A DNA stretch of 64,000 nt from Blastocatellia bacterium (lineage in GTDB: Bacteria > Acidobacteriota > Blastocatellia > RBC074): assembly GCA_043775925.1 (NCBI GenBank), contig JAYVRW010000170.1:6578-70577 (forward strand). The letters run 5' to 3'. Below the pieces are notes generated by a model. The model did not search any database and was not told the DNA's origin. It saw only the letters and a program-made list of their open reading frames with translations. Positions 29,527 through 42,096 of the stretch are shown one piece after another. How positions within the stretch are numbered: the stretch's first letter is position 1; each line of letters begins with the position of its first letter. Made by a program: the position numbers and the translations under genes.

Positions 29527-31677
29527 ATGGCATCCAGGCGAAAAAAGAAAAACAGTCTAACCGGTCGGCATGGCTTCATTGCCTGCTTACTAATTGTCTG
29601 GATGGGAGTCATCATCTGGAGGCTGGCATATTTACAAATTATGCAGCCGCAGAACTATGTGAGTACCTCAGTGGCGCAACGCGAAAAAACTGAGAAAGTT
29701 GAAGCTTTTCGGGGTGAGATTGTAGATCGTAATGGGACGGTCTTAGCCAGCAGTACGGACACTGATTCTGTTTTAGCTGATCTTTATCAGGTCAAAGAAA
29801 ATACGCAGGCACAGATCATCAAGACTCTGGCTCCGATGTTGAATACGAGTGAAAATGATCTCCAGCGCAAGTTTAATTCCGGCGGCAAAGCTCCTGTTCT
29901 TGCGAGGCAGGTTGATATTCAGGTCTCACAGAATATTCGAACTTCACTGGAAGCGGCAAAGCTTTCCGGTATTAAGGTTGTTAGAGAAACCCAGCGTCGT
30001 TATCCGAATGGAAGTTTGGCTTCTCACCTTTTGGGTTATGTGAATGGGGCAGAGCAAGGTGTTGGAGGCCTGGAATTTCAATTAGATAAGCACCTCAGAG
30101 GTCAGGATGGCAAAAACATTTATGAAAATGATGCAGTAGGAAAATCATTTGCCAGAGTTGAAAAAAATGCCTTCGCCGGAGCGCGAGTGGTTACTACGAT
30201 TGATACCGGATTGCAGAGTCAGGTTGAATCTGCGCTGGCTCAGGCTTTAGAGGAAACCAAAGCCGATAGCATTAGCGCCATTGTGATTGATCCGAAAACT
30301 GGCGAAGTCTTGGCGATGGCCAACGCACCAACTTTTGATCCGGCGGCTCGCTGGAGTGGTGGCGATCAAGAAGCTTATGTGCGCCGCAACCGCGCCATTG
30401 CTGATATTTACGAACCCGGCTCCGTTTTTAAGATCGTTGGGTATTCTGCCGCCATTGAAGAAGGCCTGGTTAGTCCTGACGAGAAAATACGTTGCAACGG
30501 CTCAGTCACGATTGGCAATCGGATTATCAAAGACGAACACTGTCATGGTGAGCTGACCTTATCACAGGCTTTGGCGAAATCCTCCAACACGGGCGCAATT
30601 TACGTGGCGAGAAAAGTCGGCAATGAGAAGATGGCGGACTACATTTCGCGGTTTGGATTTGGTCATCGGACAGGAATTGATTTACCGGCGGAAGCGGCTG
30701 GATTAATTCATCCGCTTGAAAAATGGCAGGCTACTTCAATCGGTTCAATTGCCATTGGACACGAAGTTGGTGTGACGGCTTTGCAGGCAGTTTCTGCGAT
30801 GGCAGCCATCGGCAATGGTGGCGAATGGGTTAGGCCCCACGTCATCAAACAAGTTGTCACTGGTGATGCTGGTCAGCGAGTATTATGGGAGGCCCAACGA
30901 GAATCCCATCGTGTGATCAGTCCGCAAACAGCCACCACTATTACTTCAATGTTGGAAGGTGTAGTCGAGAGTGGAACGGCCAGACATGCCGTTCAACTGG
31001 GTGGTTATACCGTGGCGGGAAAGACCGGAACTGCCCAAAAAATTATTAGCGGTAGATATTCTGATAGTGCTTATATGGCGTCGTTTGCCGGATTCGTACC
31101 CGCCATCAATCCGCGCTTTGCAATTATTGTGACGATTGATAATCCAAAAGGTGCGCATCAAGGTGGACAAGTAGCAGCGCCTATTTTTAGTCGCATCGCA
31201 CAGGCTTCGTTGGTCGGTTATGGTGTCTTGCCCGACAACGAAAAAGCGAAACAGGGAATTGCAGAGTTGGAGACACGATACAAAGAGAAACCAGGCGATT
31301 GGAATTGGCAACCTGAAGCGACGCCGAATGCAACGCCGAAAACCAATCACCTGGTTGCTACTCCAAGTCTGAAACCAACGGTCAGGGCAAGCGTGAAACC
31401 AAGTGCGACACCTCCTTCAACGGTAAAGGTTTCAGCTACACCAAGGCTGAAGCTGCCGACCCCGCCACCTGTCAAGCCAACTGTGACGGTGAAAAATATA
31501 CCGGATAAACCAAAGCCGCAACCCGTTGTGAAGAGTGGGCCAAATGTTATAGGCCGAGGTTTGCGTGAGGTCGCAAGCATGTGCAGCCAGACCGGATTAA
31601 AGCTGCGTGCGATTGGCTCAGGCGTCGCTCGTAGCCAACATCGCCAGGGCGATACACTGGTGGTTGAGTTCCGATGA
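29527..31677 (+). CDS. ftsI: peptidoglycan D,D-transpeptidase FtsI (PBP3) with Pro/Thr-rich linker and C-terminal PASTA domain
   Basis: 'SVFK' (SxxK), 'SSN', 'KTGT' penicillin-binding motifs; C-terminal 'VIGRGLREVASMCSQTGLKLRAIGSG' PASTA-like. Confidence 0.9.
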   Translation: MASRRKKKNSLTGRHGFIACLLIVWMGVIIWRLAYLQIMQPQNYVSTSVAQREKTEKVEAFRGEIVDRNGTVLASSTDTDSVLADLYQVKENTQAQIIKTLAPMLNTSENDLQRKFNSGGKAPVLARQVDIQVSQNIRTSLEAAKLSGIKVVRETQRRYPNGSLASHLLGYVNGAEQGVGGLEFQLDKHLRGQDGKNIYENDAVGKSFARVEKNAFAGARVVTTIDTGLQSQVESALAQALEETKADSISAIVIDPKTGEVLAMANAPTFDPAARWSGGDQEAYVRRNRAIADIYEPGSVFKIVGYSAAIEEGLVSPDEKIRCNGSVTIGNRIIKDEHCHGELTLSQALAKSSNTGAIYVARKVGNEKMADYISRFGFGHRTGIDLPAEAAGLIHPLEKWQATSIGSIAIGHEVGVTALQAVSAMAAIGNGGEWVRPHVIKQVVTGDAGQRVLWEAQRESHRVISPQTATTITSMLEGVVESGTARHAVQLGGYTVAGKTGTAQKIISGRYSDSAYMASFAGFVPAINPRFAIIVTIDNPKGAHQGGQVAAPIFSRIAQASLVGYGVLPDNEKAKQGIAELETRYKEKPGDWNWQPEATPNATPKTNHLVATPSLKPTVRASVKPSATPPSTVKVSATPRLKLPTPPPVKPTVTVKNIPDKPKPQPVVKSGPNVIGRGLREVASMCSQTGLKLRAIGSGVARSQHRQGDTLVVEFR

Positions 31678-31683
31678 TTATCA

Positions 31684-31745
31684 GTTTCGGGTTTTGTGTT
31701 TCGAGGAAACCACGTAATTCGTTTTTCCTCGAAACCCGAAACCAA
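31684..31745. repeat. intergenic imperfect palindrome of TTTCGGG/TTTCGAG heptads (PAL-1 family, copy 2) between ftsI and murE
   Basis: gtttcgggttttgtgtttcgagg ... cctcgaaacccgaaac. Confidence 0.6.
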
Positions 31746-31750
31746 ATTTT

Positions 31751-33232
31751 ATGATTTTACTGAGTGACATTGTGCGCGAATTGAACGCGCTGGTTAGCGG
31801 CGAGGGACTTGATCGGGAAATCGTTCCTGCCAGCTCCGTTGTTACTCACGATTCGCGCCGCGTTATGCCGGGGGGCATCTTCGTAGCTATTAAGGGCGCA
31901 ACAACCGATGGAAACAATTTTATCGGTCTGGCTACGGTTCGCGGCGCGTTAGCAATTATCTCGGAAAACCCACGTCCTGAAAATTATTCTGGCGTATGGT
32001 TACAAGTGGCGGATGCACGTTCTGCGCTGGCTCACGCCGCCGCGATTGCGCACGGAAATCCCTCCCGTTCTTTGAAATTAATTGGACTGACAGGCACGAA
32101 CGGCAAGACGACTACGGCGCATTTATGTGAATCCATGTTCCGAGCTGCCGGAGCGATCCCTGCGATGATGGGAACCATTAGTCATCGCATCGGTGATGAA
32201 GAAGTCATCGCAGAACATACAACGCCCGAAGCCTCCGATATTCAGGATTTTTTGCGTCGCGCCGTAAACGCTAACGTCGAATACGCAGTGATGGAAGTGT
32301 CATCAATCGCCTTAGAAATGCAGCGAGTCGCCTATCTGGATTTTGCAGTCGCGGCGTTTAGTAATTTGACGCAAGACCATCTGGATTTTCACGGCACGAT
32401 GGAAGCATACGGAGCTGCCAAGCGAAAATTATTTGAAGTTACCACCGGTTACGCCGTCATCAACACTGATGACGCCTATAGCGCCGAGCTGAGAAAAGCA
32501 ACGCGCGCGAAAGTGTTGAGCTATGCAATTGATAAAAGCGCTGATATTACCCCCAACCAAAATGATTTTAGCTCTGATGGGTTGTCTTTCACGGCTTGCA
32601 CTCCTGTCGGTGAAATCGAAATTCGCTCAAGTCTGGTTGGCCGTCCACATGCTTACAACATTCTTTGTACGATTGGCATCGGGGTTGCGCTTGGATTCAA
32701 TGCCGAAATTATGGCACGCGGGATTAACACCAGCAAAGGTGCAGCAGGTCGCTTCGAGACGGTAACTACTGCCGAAGATGATCTCACTGTAGTCGTAGAT
32801 TACGCGCATACGCCAGATGCCTTGATTAATGTTTTGAAAACGGCGCGTGATGCTGCCAAATCAAAAAATGGTCGAGTCATCACTGTTTTCGGATGCGGCG
32901 GAGATCGTGACAAAACCAAGCGTCCATTGATGGGCGCCGCCGCTGCTGAATTGAGCGATATGGTCATCGCAACTTCTGATAATCCGCGCAGTGAAGACCC
33001 CGAACAAATTCTGCGCGACATCGAAGTCGGCTTGAAACAGGCAAGTGGAAATTATCAATTAGTGACAGATCGGCATGAGGCGATTTTTACCGCTATTACA
33101 AATGCACAGCCGAAGGATGTTGTGATTATTGCTGGCAAAGGACACGAGGATTATCAAATTTTAGCTACTGGCAAAATTCATTTTGATGATCGTGAAGCGG
33201 CGGAAGAAGCTTTGCAGCAAAGAAAAAAATGA
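31751..33232 (+). CDS. murE: UDP-N-acetylmuramoyl-L-alanyl-D-glutamate--2,6-diaminopimelate ligase
   Basis: '[11 protein letters not shown]' Mur ligase P-loop; 'DNPRSEDP' MurE motif. Confidence 0.9.
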   Translation: MILLSDIVRELNALVSGEGLDREIVPASSVVTHDSRRVMPGGIFVAIKGATTDGNNFIGLATVRGALAIISENPRPENYSGVWLQVADARSALAHAAAIAHGNPSRSLKLIGLTGTNGKTTTAHLCESMFRAAGAIPAMMGTISHRIGDEEVIAEHTTPEASDIQDFLRRAVNANVEYAVMEVSSIALEMQRVAYLDFAVAAFSNLTQDHLDFHGTMEAYGAAKRKLFEVTTGYAVINTDDAYSAELRKATRAKVLSYAIDKSADITPNQNDFSSDGLSFTACTPVGEIEIRSSLVGRPHAYNILCTIGIGVALGFNAEIMARGINTSKGAAGRFETVTTAEDDLTVVVDYAHTPDALINVLKTARDAAKSKNGRVITVFGCGGDRDKTKRPLMGAAAAELSDMVIATSDNPRSEDPEQILRDIEVGLKQASGNYQLVTDRHEAIFTAITNAQPKDVVIIAGKGHEDYQILATGKIHFDDREAAEEALQQRKK

Positions 33233-34659
33233 AGCTAAACGAAATCGCCAATCTCTGTGGAGCTACACATCGCTTGCATCCAGCGATAGCGGAAGCTGTG
33301 CCCGTAGGCTTTGCGATTGATTCGCGTGCGGTCAAACTCGGAGAAATTTTTGTTGCTCTGCCAGGCGAACGTGTAGATGGTCACAAATACGTGCAGGAAG
33401 TTTTAGACCAAGGCGCGCTGGCGGCTCTCGTCGTTCATCATCGCTTACCGTTTTCAAAAAATCTCGCGCCTTACAAAGATCGGTTGTTGTTTGTCACCGA
33501 CACTGCCTTTGCTTTTCAGCAAATGGCGCAAAAAGTTTTGGCCTCGTGGAATAAGCCTATCGTCGCCGTGACCGCCAGCGCAGGTAAAACTACCGTCAAG
33601 GATTTAGCTGCGCACGTGCTGGAAGCTGTGAGTCCTAATATTTTCAAATCACTTGGAAATTTGAATACAAGTTATGGGTTGCCGTTGACGGTTGGTCGAA
33701 TGATTTCTGCTCAGGCAGCGCCCTCCGATTCCGATCTCGCCGTCTTTGAATTTGGCATGAGTTCTTACGGAGAAATTAAACGCCTGACTGAAATTGCTCC
33801 TCCATCAGTTGCCGTAGTCGGAAACGTCGGCACGGCGCACATTGAATTTTTTGGCAGTAGTGAAGGCATCGCGGAAGCCAAAGCTGAAATCATTGATGGG
33901 TTAAAATCTGGCGGCACAGCGATTCTCAATGTTGATGATCCTTTGGTAGCAGGGATGAAAACACGTCGTGAAGATATTTCATACTTAACTTTTGGAATTG
34001 AAAACGACGCACAGATTCGCGCTGAAAAAATTAACAATGACGACCTTGGAGCGACAAGTTTTGAATTGATTATTCCAGGCGGCAACGCCTTGGTAACTTC
34101 GCCCTTGCTTGGCAGACACAATGTTTACAATGCCCTCGCGGCAGCGGCGGTCGGATATTATTTTGGTTTGAGCGCAGACAAAATCGCCGCACAACTAAAG
34201 ACTTCTGCGCCTTCCAAAATGCGTGGCGAATTGATCAGATTTGCGAACGGCGTCACCGTGATTGATGACTCCTACAATTCGAATCCACCCGCATTAATTC
34301 AGGCAGTGCAGGCGATGGCGAAGGCCAAAGGCTTTGCGCGGCGTATTGTCGTGGCAGGTGAAATGTTAGAACTGGGCGAACAGGGTTCAGAAATGCACCG
34401 AAATTGTGGACGTGAAATTGCCGCTGCCGGAGTTGATCGCGTCATCGGCGTTTGTGGCTTAGCCAATGAATTAGTAGATGGAGCAAAAGACGCTGGTGTA
34501 GTGAAATCAACGTTTTGTGAAACGCCTGAAGCCGCCGCCGAAGCTTTGCTCGCCGAATTACAAGCAGGTGATTTGGTTTTAATCAAAGGTTCGCGGGGAG
34601 TCCGAACTGAGCGTATCGTCGAAAAATTGAAAGCTGAGCTGGGAGGGAAAAACGAGTGA
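33229..34659 (+). CDS. murF: UDP-N-acetylmuramoyl-tripeptide--D-alanyl-D-alanine ligase
   Basis: '[11 protein letters not shown]' P-loop, Mur ligase C-domain; start overlaps murE stop. Confidence 0.9.
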   Translation: MKLNEIANLCGATHRLHPAIAEAVPVGFAIDSRAVKLGEIFVALPGERVDGHKYVQEVLDQGALAALVVHHRLPFSKNLAPYKDRLLFVTDTAFAFQQMAQKVLASWNKPIVAVTASAGKTTVKDLAAHVLEAVSPNIFKSLGNLNTSYGLPLTVGRMISAQAAPSDSDLAVFEFGMSSYGEIKRLTEIAPPSVAVVGNVGTAHIEFFGSSEGIAEAKAEIIDGLKSGGTAILNVDDPLVAGMKTRREDISYLTFGIENDAQIRAEKINNDDLGATSFELIIPGGNALVTSPLLGRHNVYNALAAAAVGYYFGLSADKIAAQLKTSAPSKMRGELIRFANGVTVIDDSYNSNPPALIQAVQAMAKAKGFARRIVVAGEMLELGEQGSEMHRNCGREIAAAGVDRVIGVCGLANELVDGAKDAGVVKSTFCETPEAAAEALLAELQAGDLVLIKGSRGVRTERIVEKLKAELGGKNE

Positions 34660-34690
34660 ATCTCAAATTTGAAATTCCTCGCTTTGTATA

Positions 34691-35812
34691 ATGTTTTATC
34701 ACCTGTTTTACAAATTACTATTCGAGCAATATTCACAGGTCTATCCATTTCTGAAGGCTTTCAATGTTTTCAAATACGTGACGTTTCGTACGGCCTACGC
34801 GACGATTACTGCGTTGGTCATTAGCTTGGTACTTGGACCGTTGCTGATTCGCAAGCTGCGCGAATTTAAATTCGGACAGGAAATTCGAGAAGATGGCCCG
34901 GCGCATCATCAGGCCAAGAAAGGTACGCCAACCATGGGCGGAGTCATGATTATTGGCTCTGTGCTGGTTTCCTCTGTGCTGTGGGCAGATTTGCGGAATA
35001 GTTATTTGTGGGTCGCGTTAGTCGGCACGTTGGGTTTTTCGCTGGTTGGATTTCTGGATGATTATCTGAAGATCAAAAATAAACGAAGCCTTGGCTTGAA
35101 CGGAAAACAAAAACTTTTAGGACAATTTAGTACCGCATTAATCGTTGGTCTGATGCTGAAATATATGACCAATTATAGCTGGGTTTTGAGTGTTCCATTT
35201 TTCAAGGAATTCCAGCCGATCCTGCCGTTTGTCGTGTATCTCGGCTTGATCATGCTCTTCACCGTTTTTTGTTCCAACGCCGTGAATTTAACCGATGGAT
35301 TGGATGGTTTGGCGATTAGTGTCACAGTCGTCGCAGCCTCCGCGTTGACGGCTTTGGTTTATGTTTCAGGTCACGCGAAGTTTGCCGAATATCTTGATCT
35401 GGTGCGAACGAGTTCGGTGACAGGAGATTCTCCGATTGCTGAGTTGACAGTGTTAGGCGGAGCGTTAGTCGGAGCCAGCCTTGGCTTTCTCTGGTTCAAT
35501 GCCCCACCCGCCGAAGTTTTCATGGGAGATGTGGGGTCACTTGGCATTGGAGGCGCACTGGCAACCATCGCGGTCATCATCAAGCAGGAAGTAGTGTTGG
35601 GAATGATTGGTGGAGTTTTTGTTATCGAAGCCTTATCCGTGATGATCCAGGTTGCTTCATTCAAGACGACAGGTAAGCGCGTTTTTAAGATGTCTCCGCT
35701 GCATCATCATTTTGAATTATCAGGCTGGAAAGAATCAAAAATCGTTTTTCGTTTTTTAATTGCGGCTTTGTTATGTGCATTTTTGGGGCTTTCGACTTTG
35801 AAATTGAGATGA
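34691..35812 (+). CDS. mraY: phospho-N-acetylmuramoyl-pentapeptide transferase
   Basis: 10-TM profile; '[13 protein letters not shown]', 'MGDVGSL' MraY motifs. Confidence 0.9.
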   Translation: MFYHLFYKLLFEQYSQVYPFLKAFNVFKYVTFRTAYATITALVISLVLGPLLIRKLREFKFGQEIREDGPAHHQAKKGTPTMGGVMIIGSVLVSSVLWADLRNSYLWVALVGTLGFSLVGFLDDYLKIKNKRSLGLNGKQKLLGQFSTALIVGLMLKYMTNYSWVLSVPFFKEFQPILPFVVYLGLIMLFTVFCSNAVNLTDGLDGLAISVTVVAASALTALVYVSGHAKFAEYLDLVRTSSVTGDSPIAELTVLGGALVGASLGFLWFNAPPAEVFMGDVGSLGIGGALATIAVIIKQEVVLGMIGGVFVIEALSVMIQVASFKTTGKRVFKMSPLHHHFELSGWKESKIVFRFLIAALLCAFLGLSTLKLR

Positions 35813-35820
35813 GTAATACG

Positions 35821-35880
35821 AGACAGGATTCACAAGATTTAGAACAGGATTTTTAGGATAAACCTTTGTTCATCCTGTCT
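35821..35880. repeat. MITE/REP-like palindromic element (PAL-2 family, copy B) in mraY-murD intergenic region
   Basis: AGACAGGATTCACAAGATTT ... CATCCTGTCT, 8 nt after the mraY stop; related to 15218-15312. Confidence 0.6.
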
Positions 35881-35887
35881 GATAAAA

Positions 35888-37231
35888 ATGGAAATTCAAG
35901 GCAAAAAAATTCTGGTGGTTGGATTAGGTAAGAGTGGTCTTGCCGCCGCAGAATTTTTGACTTCACGCGGTGCGATTGTGACGGCGAATGATGCGCAGCC
36001 TGCTGAAAAAATTGCAGAGGTGGTTAATCGGCTGATAGAAAAAAATATTGAAGTTGTCGCAGGATCGCATCCGATTCCGTTATTTGAAAATTCAGATTTA
36101 ATTGTAGCCAGTCCGGGTGTTCCCTTAGCGCTGGAATGTTTTCAAAAAGCCAAAGCCGCAGGCGTTCCCATCATCAGTGAAATTGAATTGGCAGCGCATT
36201 TTTTACGCGGACGGTTGATTGGCATTACGGGGTCAAATGGAAAAACTACCACTACTACCTTGATCGGCGAAGTTTTGACGAATGCCGGATTTAAAACGCA
36301 GATTGGTGGAAACATCGGCACACCATTGATTTTATTGGCTGATGCTTCGTGTGACGATGGCTTGACGGTGATCGAACTCAGCAGTTTTCAACTGGAAGCG
36401 GTTGAATCGCTCCATCTTTTTGCCGCAGTGATGCTGAACATTACACCGGATCATTTGGATCGTTACGATTCGATGAATCATTATGCGGCGGCGAAAGAAA
36501 ATATTTTTCGCAATCAAACTTCTCAGGATTTAGCTGTTCTGAATGCTGATGATGAGCGTGTCGCAGCCATGACCACTGCCGCGCACAATGTTTTTTTTAG
36601 CAATAAAAAGGAATTGGAAGAAGGAATTTTCCTACGCGGTAATGACGTGATATGTCGTGCCAATGGGGTCGAAAAAGTTTTGATTGCTTGTGATGAAATC
36701 GGCATTCGTGGTGCGCACAATTTAGAAAATGTCATGGCAACGTTGGCGATTGGTTTAGCTTGCGGCGTCGAGCCGGATTCAATGCGCAAAACCATTAGCG
36801 AATTCAAAGGCGTCGAACATCGCCTTGAATTTGTTGCTGAAATTGACAGCGTAAATTTTTACAATGATTCAAAAGCCACCAACGTTGATTCAACCATCAA
36901 GGCACTTGAAGCGTTTGAGCGTGGCGTAATCGTGATTCTGGGAGGCAAAGATAAAGGCAGTGATTATGCGCCGCTTGCTTCACTCGTTCGAGAACGTTGC
37001 GAGCAAGTAATTTTAATTGGGTCGGCGGCTGACAAAATCGCTGCGGCACTTGAAAACACGAAGCCATTGCATCGTGCTACTACGATGGAAGACGCCGTTA
37101 AGTTAGGCAAAAAACTTGCGCAACCTGGGAATACGGTTTTATTGGCTCCGGCCTGTGCGAGCTTTGATATGTTCGATAATTACGAGCATCGTGGCAGAGT
37201 TTTTAAGTCAGCAGTTTTGCAATTGGCTTAA
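35888..37231 (+). CDS. murD: UDP-N-acetylmuramoylalanine--D-glutamate ligase
   Basis: '[12 protein letters not shown]' P-loop; MurD domain order. Confidence 0.9.
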   Translation: MEIQGKKILVVGLGKSGLAAAEFLTSRGAIVTANDAQPAEKIAEVVNRLIEKNIEVVAGSHPIPLFENSDLIVASPGVPLALECFQKAKAAGVPIISEIELAAHFLRGRLIGITGSNGKTTTTTLIGEVLTNAGFKTQIGGNIGTPLILLADASCDDGLTVIELSSFQLEAVESLHLFAAVMLNITPDHLDRYDSMNHYAAAKENIFRNQTSQDLAVLNADDERVAAMTTAAHNVFFSNKKELEEGIFLRGNDVICRANGVEKVLIACDEIGIRGAHNLENVMATLAIGLACGVEPDSMRKTISEFKGVEHRLEFVAEIDSVNFYNDSKATNVDSTIKALEAFERGVIVILGGKDKGSDYAPLASLVRERCEQVILIGSAADKIAAALENTKPLHRATTMEDAVKLGKKLAQPGNTVLLAPACASFDMFDNYEHRGRVFKSAVLQLA

Positions 37232-37260
37232 AGACAAGAACGTTTACAAAAAATTGATTT

Positions 37261-38400
37261 ATGGCAAAAGCAACGACGACAAATAGTTTTTTCAATGCTA
37301 TCGAAGATGCGCGGTGGGATGTGATGATGGCGTGTGCGGCGATTGGCTTAGCGCTGTTCGGAATCGTGATGGTTTACAGCGCTTCCGGCGTCATTGGGCA
37401 AGAGCGTTTCAATAATTCGTTTTACTTTGTCTCGCGCCAGATTGTGTGGGCAGTGTTTGGTCTCATCGCGTTGTTAGTCCTGATGCGGATTGATTATCAA
37501 CGCTACGCCAGTCCGACCTTGATTTTATTGATGCTGGCAGTCAGTGCGTTTCTATTGATCGCGGTTTTCTTTTTTGGCGCACGTAATGGTGCGCATCGCT
37601 GGATTTCATTTGGAGCTTTTTCCGCACAGCCTTCAGAACTTGCCAAACTGACATTTATTTTTTTCATGGCGTACTTTTTGACTCGTCGCAATGAAGACGG
37701 GGAAGAGGGTAATTTTCAGTCTACATTTCTGCCTGCCGGTGTCGTCACAGCGGTTTTTGCAGTCCTGATTTTACGCGAACCCGATCTTGGTACAACAATG
37801 ATGATAGGGGTCATTTTTGTCACGATGATGCTGGTAGGACGTGTCCCGTGGTTACATTTTTTGACTTTAGTCCCTGTCGTTCTCGCAGCATTTTGGTGGC
37901 TTATTTTAAGGACCCCGTGGCGAGCTGGGAGATGGAGCGTATTTCTTGATCCAGGCTCTGATGCGCGTGGTAAAGGCTATCAAATTTTGCAGTCACTTTA
38001 CGCAGTTGCTTCAGGCGGAGTTTCAGGGACAGGCTTGGGCAGCGGCAAGCAAAAACTTTATTACCTTCCCGAACCGCACTCTGACTTTATTTTTGCCGTG
38101 ATCGGTGAAGAGCTTGGGTTTATCGGGACAGTAATTGTCGTTTTAGTTTTTGGATTATTAATGTGGCGTTGCTTGAAAGCGAGTTTTAATGCACCAGATC
38201 GTTTCGGTCAATTGCTGGGCATTGGACTGACGACGATGTTGATCGCACAGGCATTTTTCAATATGAGCGTCGTCTTGAGTCTGGTTCCGACCAAGGGAAT
38301 TCCGCTGCCATTTGTGAGTGCGGGCGGTTCATCCTTGTTATTTGCATTAGCAGCGATTGGCATTCTGCTGAATATTTCTGAGCAGTCGAGGGAAGCATGA
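37261..38400 (+). CDS. ftsW: peptidoglycan glycosyltransferase FtsW (SEDS family)
   Basis: 10-TM SEDS profile; '[21 protein letters not shown]'. Confidence 0.9.
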   Translation: MAKATTTNSFFNAIEDARWDVMMACAAIGLALFGIVMVYSASGVIGQERFNNSFYFVSRQIVWAVFGLIALLVLMRIDYQRYASPTLILLMLAVSAFLLIAVFFFGARNGAHRWISFGAFSAQPSELAKLTFIFFMAYFLTRRNEDGEEGNFQSTFLPAGVVTAVFAVLILREPDLGTTMMIGVIFVTMMLVGRVPWLHFLTLVPVVLAAFWWLILRTPWRAGRWSVFLDPGSDARGKGYQILQSLYAVASGGVSGTGLGSGKQKLYYLPEPHSDFIFAVIGEELGFIGTVIVVLVFGLLMWRCLKASFNAPDRFGQLLGIGLTTMLIAQAFFNMSVVLSLVPTKGIPLPFVSAGGSSLLFALAAIGILLNISEQSREA

Positions 38401-39470
38401 TTAGCTCGGTAATTATTGCGGGCGGTGGGACAGGCGGACATATTTATCCGGGCATTGCTATCGCACAGGAATTTAAACGCCGCAATGCGAATTGCAAAGT
38501 TGTTTTTGTTGGAACGGCGCGAGGCTTGGAAAATAAAATTGTCCCGCGTGAAGGGTTTGATTTAGAGCTGATTGCTGTCGCTGCCCTGAAAGGCGTTAGT
38601 ATCGTGAAACGTACAAAATCATTACTGATGTTGCCGAAAAGTTTTTTAGCCGTTCGTTCTTTGATTAAAAAATATCACCCTGAAGTCGTGATTGGAGTCG
38701 GCGGCTATGCTTCAGGGCCAATGGTATTAATTGCTTCGTTGATGGGTGTTCCGACTTTGATCGCGGAGCAAAATGCGCTGCCAGGATTTACGAATCGCAT
38801 GTTATCCCGCTTTGTGAAAGCTGCCGCAGTTTCGTTTGCCGAAGCCAAAGCGTTCTTTGGAAATAAGGCTGAAATTACTGGAAATCCGGTTCGTGCAGAG
38901 TTTTTTGCCATCGCGCCCAGACCGAAAAGTGAGACGACAAACATTGTGATTACAGGTGGAAGTCAGGGCGCACGCGCCATCAATAATGCAATGCTCGAAG
39001 CGTTGCCTCTGCTCGAAGGTTACAAAGAAAAACTTTCGATTGTGCATCAGACGGGAGAATTGGATTTCGAGAAAATAAAAGCGGCATACGCGAAATCGCC
39101 AATGAAAGCAGAGGTCAAACCGTTCATTGAAAAAATTGTAGATGAATTCGCTAACGCCGATGTAGTCATTTGTCGCGCTGGAGCGACGACTGTAGCAGAG
39201 CTGGCCGCCGCTGGCAGACCTGCTTTGATGATTCCCTTTCCATTGGCTGCCGACGATCATCAGCGAAAAAATGCGGAAGCCGTTGAGCGAGCCGGAGCCG
39301 GACGAATAATTTTACAATCCGATTTAAGCGGTGACCGTTTAGCGAAAGAATTATTAGCATTGATAATGGACACAGAAAAATTAGCTGCGATGAGTGTTGC
39401 AAATAAAAAATTAGCGCACCCGGATGCCGCCGCAAAGGTTGTAGATATTGCAGAGAAAATTGTGAGGTAG
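38397..39470 (+). CDS. murG: UDP-N-acetylglucosamine--N-acetylmuramyl-(pentapeptide) pyrophosphoryl-undecaprenol N-acetylglucosamine transferase
   Basis: '[16 protein letters not shown]' and '[10 protein letters not shown]' MurG motifs. Confidence 0.9.
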   Translation: MISSVIIAGGGTGGHIYPGIAIAQEFKRRNANCKVVFVGTARGLENKIVPREGFDLELIAVAALKGVSIVKRTKSLLMLPKSFLAVRSLIKKYHPEVVIGVGGYASGPMVLIASLMGVPTLIAEQNALPGFTNRMLSRFVKAAAVSFAEAKAFFGNKAEITGNPVRAEFFAIAPRPKSETTNIVITGGSQGARAINNAMLEALPLLEGYKEKLSIVHQTGELDFEKIKAAYAKSPMKAEVKPFIEKIVDEFANADVVICRAGATTVAELAAAGRPALMIPFPLAADDHQRKNAEAVERAGAGRIILQSDLSGDRLAKELLALIMDTEKLAAMSVANKKLAHPDAAAKVVDIAEKIVR

Positions 39471-39593
39471 AAGGTAAAAGGCAAATATCAAAAAGCAAAG
39501 GGCAAAAGTTCGGCACTTTGTTTTAATAAAAAATGACGCAGCTTTCCAAATTAACTTTTTACTTTTGATATTTGTCTTTTGCCATTTGATTTT

Positions 39594-40961
39594 ATGTTCT
39601 CAAAGTTTCAGCACATCCATTTTGTAGGCATTGGCGGCATCGGCATGAGCGGTATTGCTGAAGTTTTGCTCAATCTCGGCTATCGCGTTTCCGGCTCTGA
39701 TATGCGGCGCACCGCGATTACAGATCGCCTCGAAAAACTGGGCGGAATTATTCACGAAGGTCACGCCGCGAGCAATATTGAAGGCGCTCATGTGATTGTT
39801 ACTTCAACGGCGGTGCGCTCTGATAATCCTGAAGTAACCGAAGCGTTGCGCAAACAAATTCCGGTCATTCCACGCGCCGAAATGCTGGCGGAACTGATGC
39901 GCTTGAAATATGGAATTGCGATTGCCGGTTCGCATGGAAAAACGACGACAACTTCGATGACAGCGTACGTGTTGACGCAAGGCGGACTTGATCCGACGGT
40001 CGTCGTTGGTGGCAGACTCAATGCCTGGGGCAGTAATGCAAAACTCGGCAAAGGCGATTTTATTCTGGTCGAAGCTGATGAAAGCGATAAGAGCTTTTTG
40101 AAGCTGTCGCCAACGATTGCAGTAGTCACAAACATTGATCGTGAGCATTTGGATTTTTATAAAGACCTCGACGAAATTAAATCGCACTTCGTGCAATTCG
40201 TGAATAAAGTTCCCTTTTATGGCGCCGTGATTATTTGTCTGGATGATCCGAATGTGCAGGCGATTATTCCGCTGATTACGCGGCGTATTATTAGTTATGG
40301 AATGACGGCGCAGGCGGATATTTCGGCTTCGCAAATTGAAGTGATGCACGACAAATTCGGCTCCGCTTTTAATATCCGTTATCGCGGTCAGGATTTGGGG
40401 CGAGTTCGATTGAATGTGCCGGGCATGCACAATGTTAGCAATGCGATGGCGGCGATTGCGATTGGCTTGGACTTGGAACTCTCGTTTGAAGTTATTGCTT
40501 TGGCGTTGGAAGAATTTCGAGGCGCTGAGCGGCGTTTTCAGATTAAAGGGGAACGTCCTGACAATATTTTGGTGGTTGACGATTATGGGCATCATCCGAC
40601 GGAAATTAGAGCAACTTTGGCAGCGGCAAAATCCAGCGGACGGCGTCTCGTCACGCTCTTTCAACCACACCGCTACACCCGCACTGCGGCATTACGCGAA
40701 GAATTTGCGCGAAGTTTCTATGATGCAGACGTGGTGTTGCTGACAGATATTTACGCCGCCAGCGAAGAACCAATCGAAGGCGTGACGGCGCAGGCGTTGG
40801 CGGAAGATATTGAGCGATTTGGCCATCGCAATGTGCGCTATATCGGCGCTGTCGAAGAAGGGGCCAAAGCAATTGCCGCAGTTGTTCAGCCGGGAGATTT
40901 AGTGTTGACGCTGGGCGCAGGCAGTATTTGGAAAGTAGGCGATGAGTTTTTGGCAGGATAA
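39594..40961 (+). CDS. murC: UDP-N-acetylmuramate--L-alanine ligase
   Basis: '[14 protein letters not shown]', '[11 protein letters not shown]' motifs; ATG 39594 chosen over the track's TTG 39579. Confidence 0.9.
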   Translation: MFSKFQHIHFVGIGGIGMSGIAEVLLNLGYRVSGSDMRRTAITDRLEKLGGIIHEGHAASNIEGAHVIVTSTAVRSDNPEVTEALRKQIPVIPRAEMLAELMRLKYGIAIAGSHGKTTTTSMTAYVLTQGGLDPTVVVGGRLNAWGSNAKLGKGDFILVEADESDKSFLKLSPTIAVVTNIDREHLDFYKDLDEIKSHFVQFVNKVPFYGAVIICLDDPNVQAIIPLITRRIISYGMTAQADISASQIEVMHDKFGSAFNIRYRGQDLGRVRLNVPGMHNVSNAMAAIAIGLDLELSFEVIALALEEFRGAERRFQIKGERPDNILVVDDYGHHPTEIRATLAAAKSSGRRLVTLFQPHRYTRTAALREEFARSFYDADVVLLTDIYAASEEPIEGVTAQALAEDIERFGHRNVRYIGAVEEGAKAIAAVVQPGDLVLTLGAGSIWKVGDEFLAG

Positions 40962-42072
40962 GATTTTTATGGATGCACCACAAAACAATAATAAAGGGTA
41001 CAGCGGAATGGCAGAACGCCATGCGCGTCGTGGCGCTGCTACGACAACGACTACCACAATTAATGGCGCTCGAACAATTGCCGCGCCGCGTCGTCGTGGC
41101 TTACCGGATGACTTCGAGCGCGAACAGGAAGAGCAGGAATACCAGGCACGTTACGAACGGCAGTTATTAGAGCAGCGACAACAGCGCACGACGGAGCGGC
41201 GAGAAAAACGTCAGCGGGAAATTTATACGGGAAAGGTCGAAAAACGCACTCCGAAAAAAGTGCAGATTACTGATGCCAATGCGCGTTGGATGAAAATTGG
41301 AGTGCTGATTTTATTATCATTACTTCTGCTCGTGGCAACTATTTATGCCTACGATAAAATAACTGGATCACGATTGTTTGTCTTGAAGGAAATTGATTTA
41401 CAAGGGACGAAGCGGGCTTCGCGCGCAGAGCTGATGCACTTGCTTGAAGCGCATCAGGCACAGAGCTTATGGAAGCTTGACTTACCTTCAATTCGTGTGG
41501 CGCTGGAAAAAAATTCTTGGGTGCAGGAAGCCGAAGTCTCACGGGTCTTGCCGGATGCCTTACGCGTGATTGTTCACGAACGTGAACCTCTTGCGCCGTG
41601 GCGAATGACGAATAATTCAGTTGTTTGGGTTGATCGTGAAGCACGTAATTTAGGGGAGCTGGATTTCAATCAGACTGAACGTGTTCCACCGATTATTAGC
41701 GGGTTGGAAGAAGGTAGCAGTGCGGAAATCAAAGTTGCGAACCGTAAACGCATGGAAGTTTATCAGCAATTGATTCGAGATTTGGATCAGAATGGTGAAA
41801 AATTCTCAGATCAAGTTGACGAAGTTAATCTTAGTGATTGGCAGGCCGTACGCTTGCATTTAAGCAAAAGAAATCTAAGTGTGCTGGTGGGCAATCTTGA
41901 ATTTAGAACCCGCTTTGAAAAAGCGCTTAAAGTCATTGATGCGATTGAACGCAGGGACCTCTCAGCTTTGGGATTACTCAAAGTTTCTGATGCGGAAAAA
42001 TTAGTCAATGGTGATCGTATCGCGTATCTCAACGTGACGCATGCCAGCGTTATTGTGGGATTCGCAACATAA
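40942..42072 (+). CDS. ftsQ: cell division protein FtsQ with ~110-residue charged N-terminal extension
   Basis: Single TM '[19 protein letters not shown]' followed by POTRA-like region; the alternative start ATG 40969 cannot be excluded. Confidence 0.65.
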   Translation: MSFWQDKIFMDAPQNNNKGYSGMAERHARRGAATTTTTTINGARTIAAPRRRGLPDDFEREQEEQEYQARYERQLLEQRQQRTTERREKRQREIYTGKVEKRTPKKVQITDANARWMKIGVLILLSLLLLVATIYAYDKITGSRLFVLKEIDLQGTKRASRAELMHLLEAHQAQSLWKLDLPSIRVALEKNSWVQEAEVSRVLPDALRVIVHEREPLAPWRMTNNSVVWVDREARNLGELDFNQTERVPPIISGLEEGSSAEIKVANRKRMEVYQQLIRDLDQNGEKFSDQVDEVNLSDWQAVRLHLSKRNLSVLVGNLEFRTRFEKALKVIDAIERRDLSALGLLKVSDAEKLVNGDRIAYLNVTHASVIVGFAT

Positions 42073-42096
42073 TTACTCCTCACCGAGGTACTCAGT

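Noticed and set aside
39804-40670. 288-aa antisense ORF inside murC, and similar shadow ORFs inside murF, murG, ftsZ, tig, etc.
   Set aside because: They lie entirely antisense to strongly supported conserved genes and are typical GC-skew shadow ORFs
40942-40969. Alternative ftsQ start at ATG 40969 instead of 40942 (which overlaps murC by 20 nt)
   Set aside because: It cannot be decided from sequence alone; both have weak SDs, so the longer ORF is reported with the ambiguity noted
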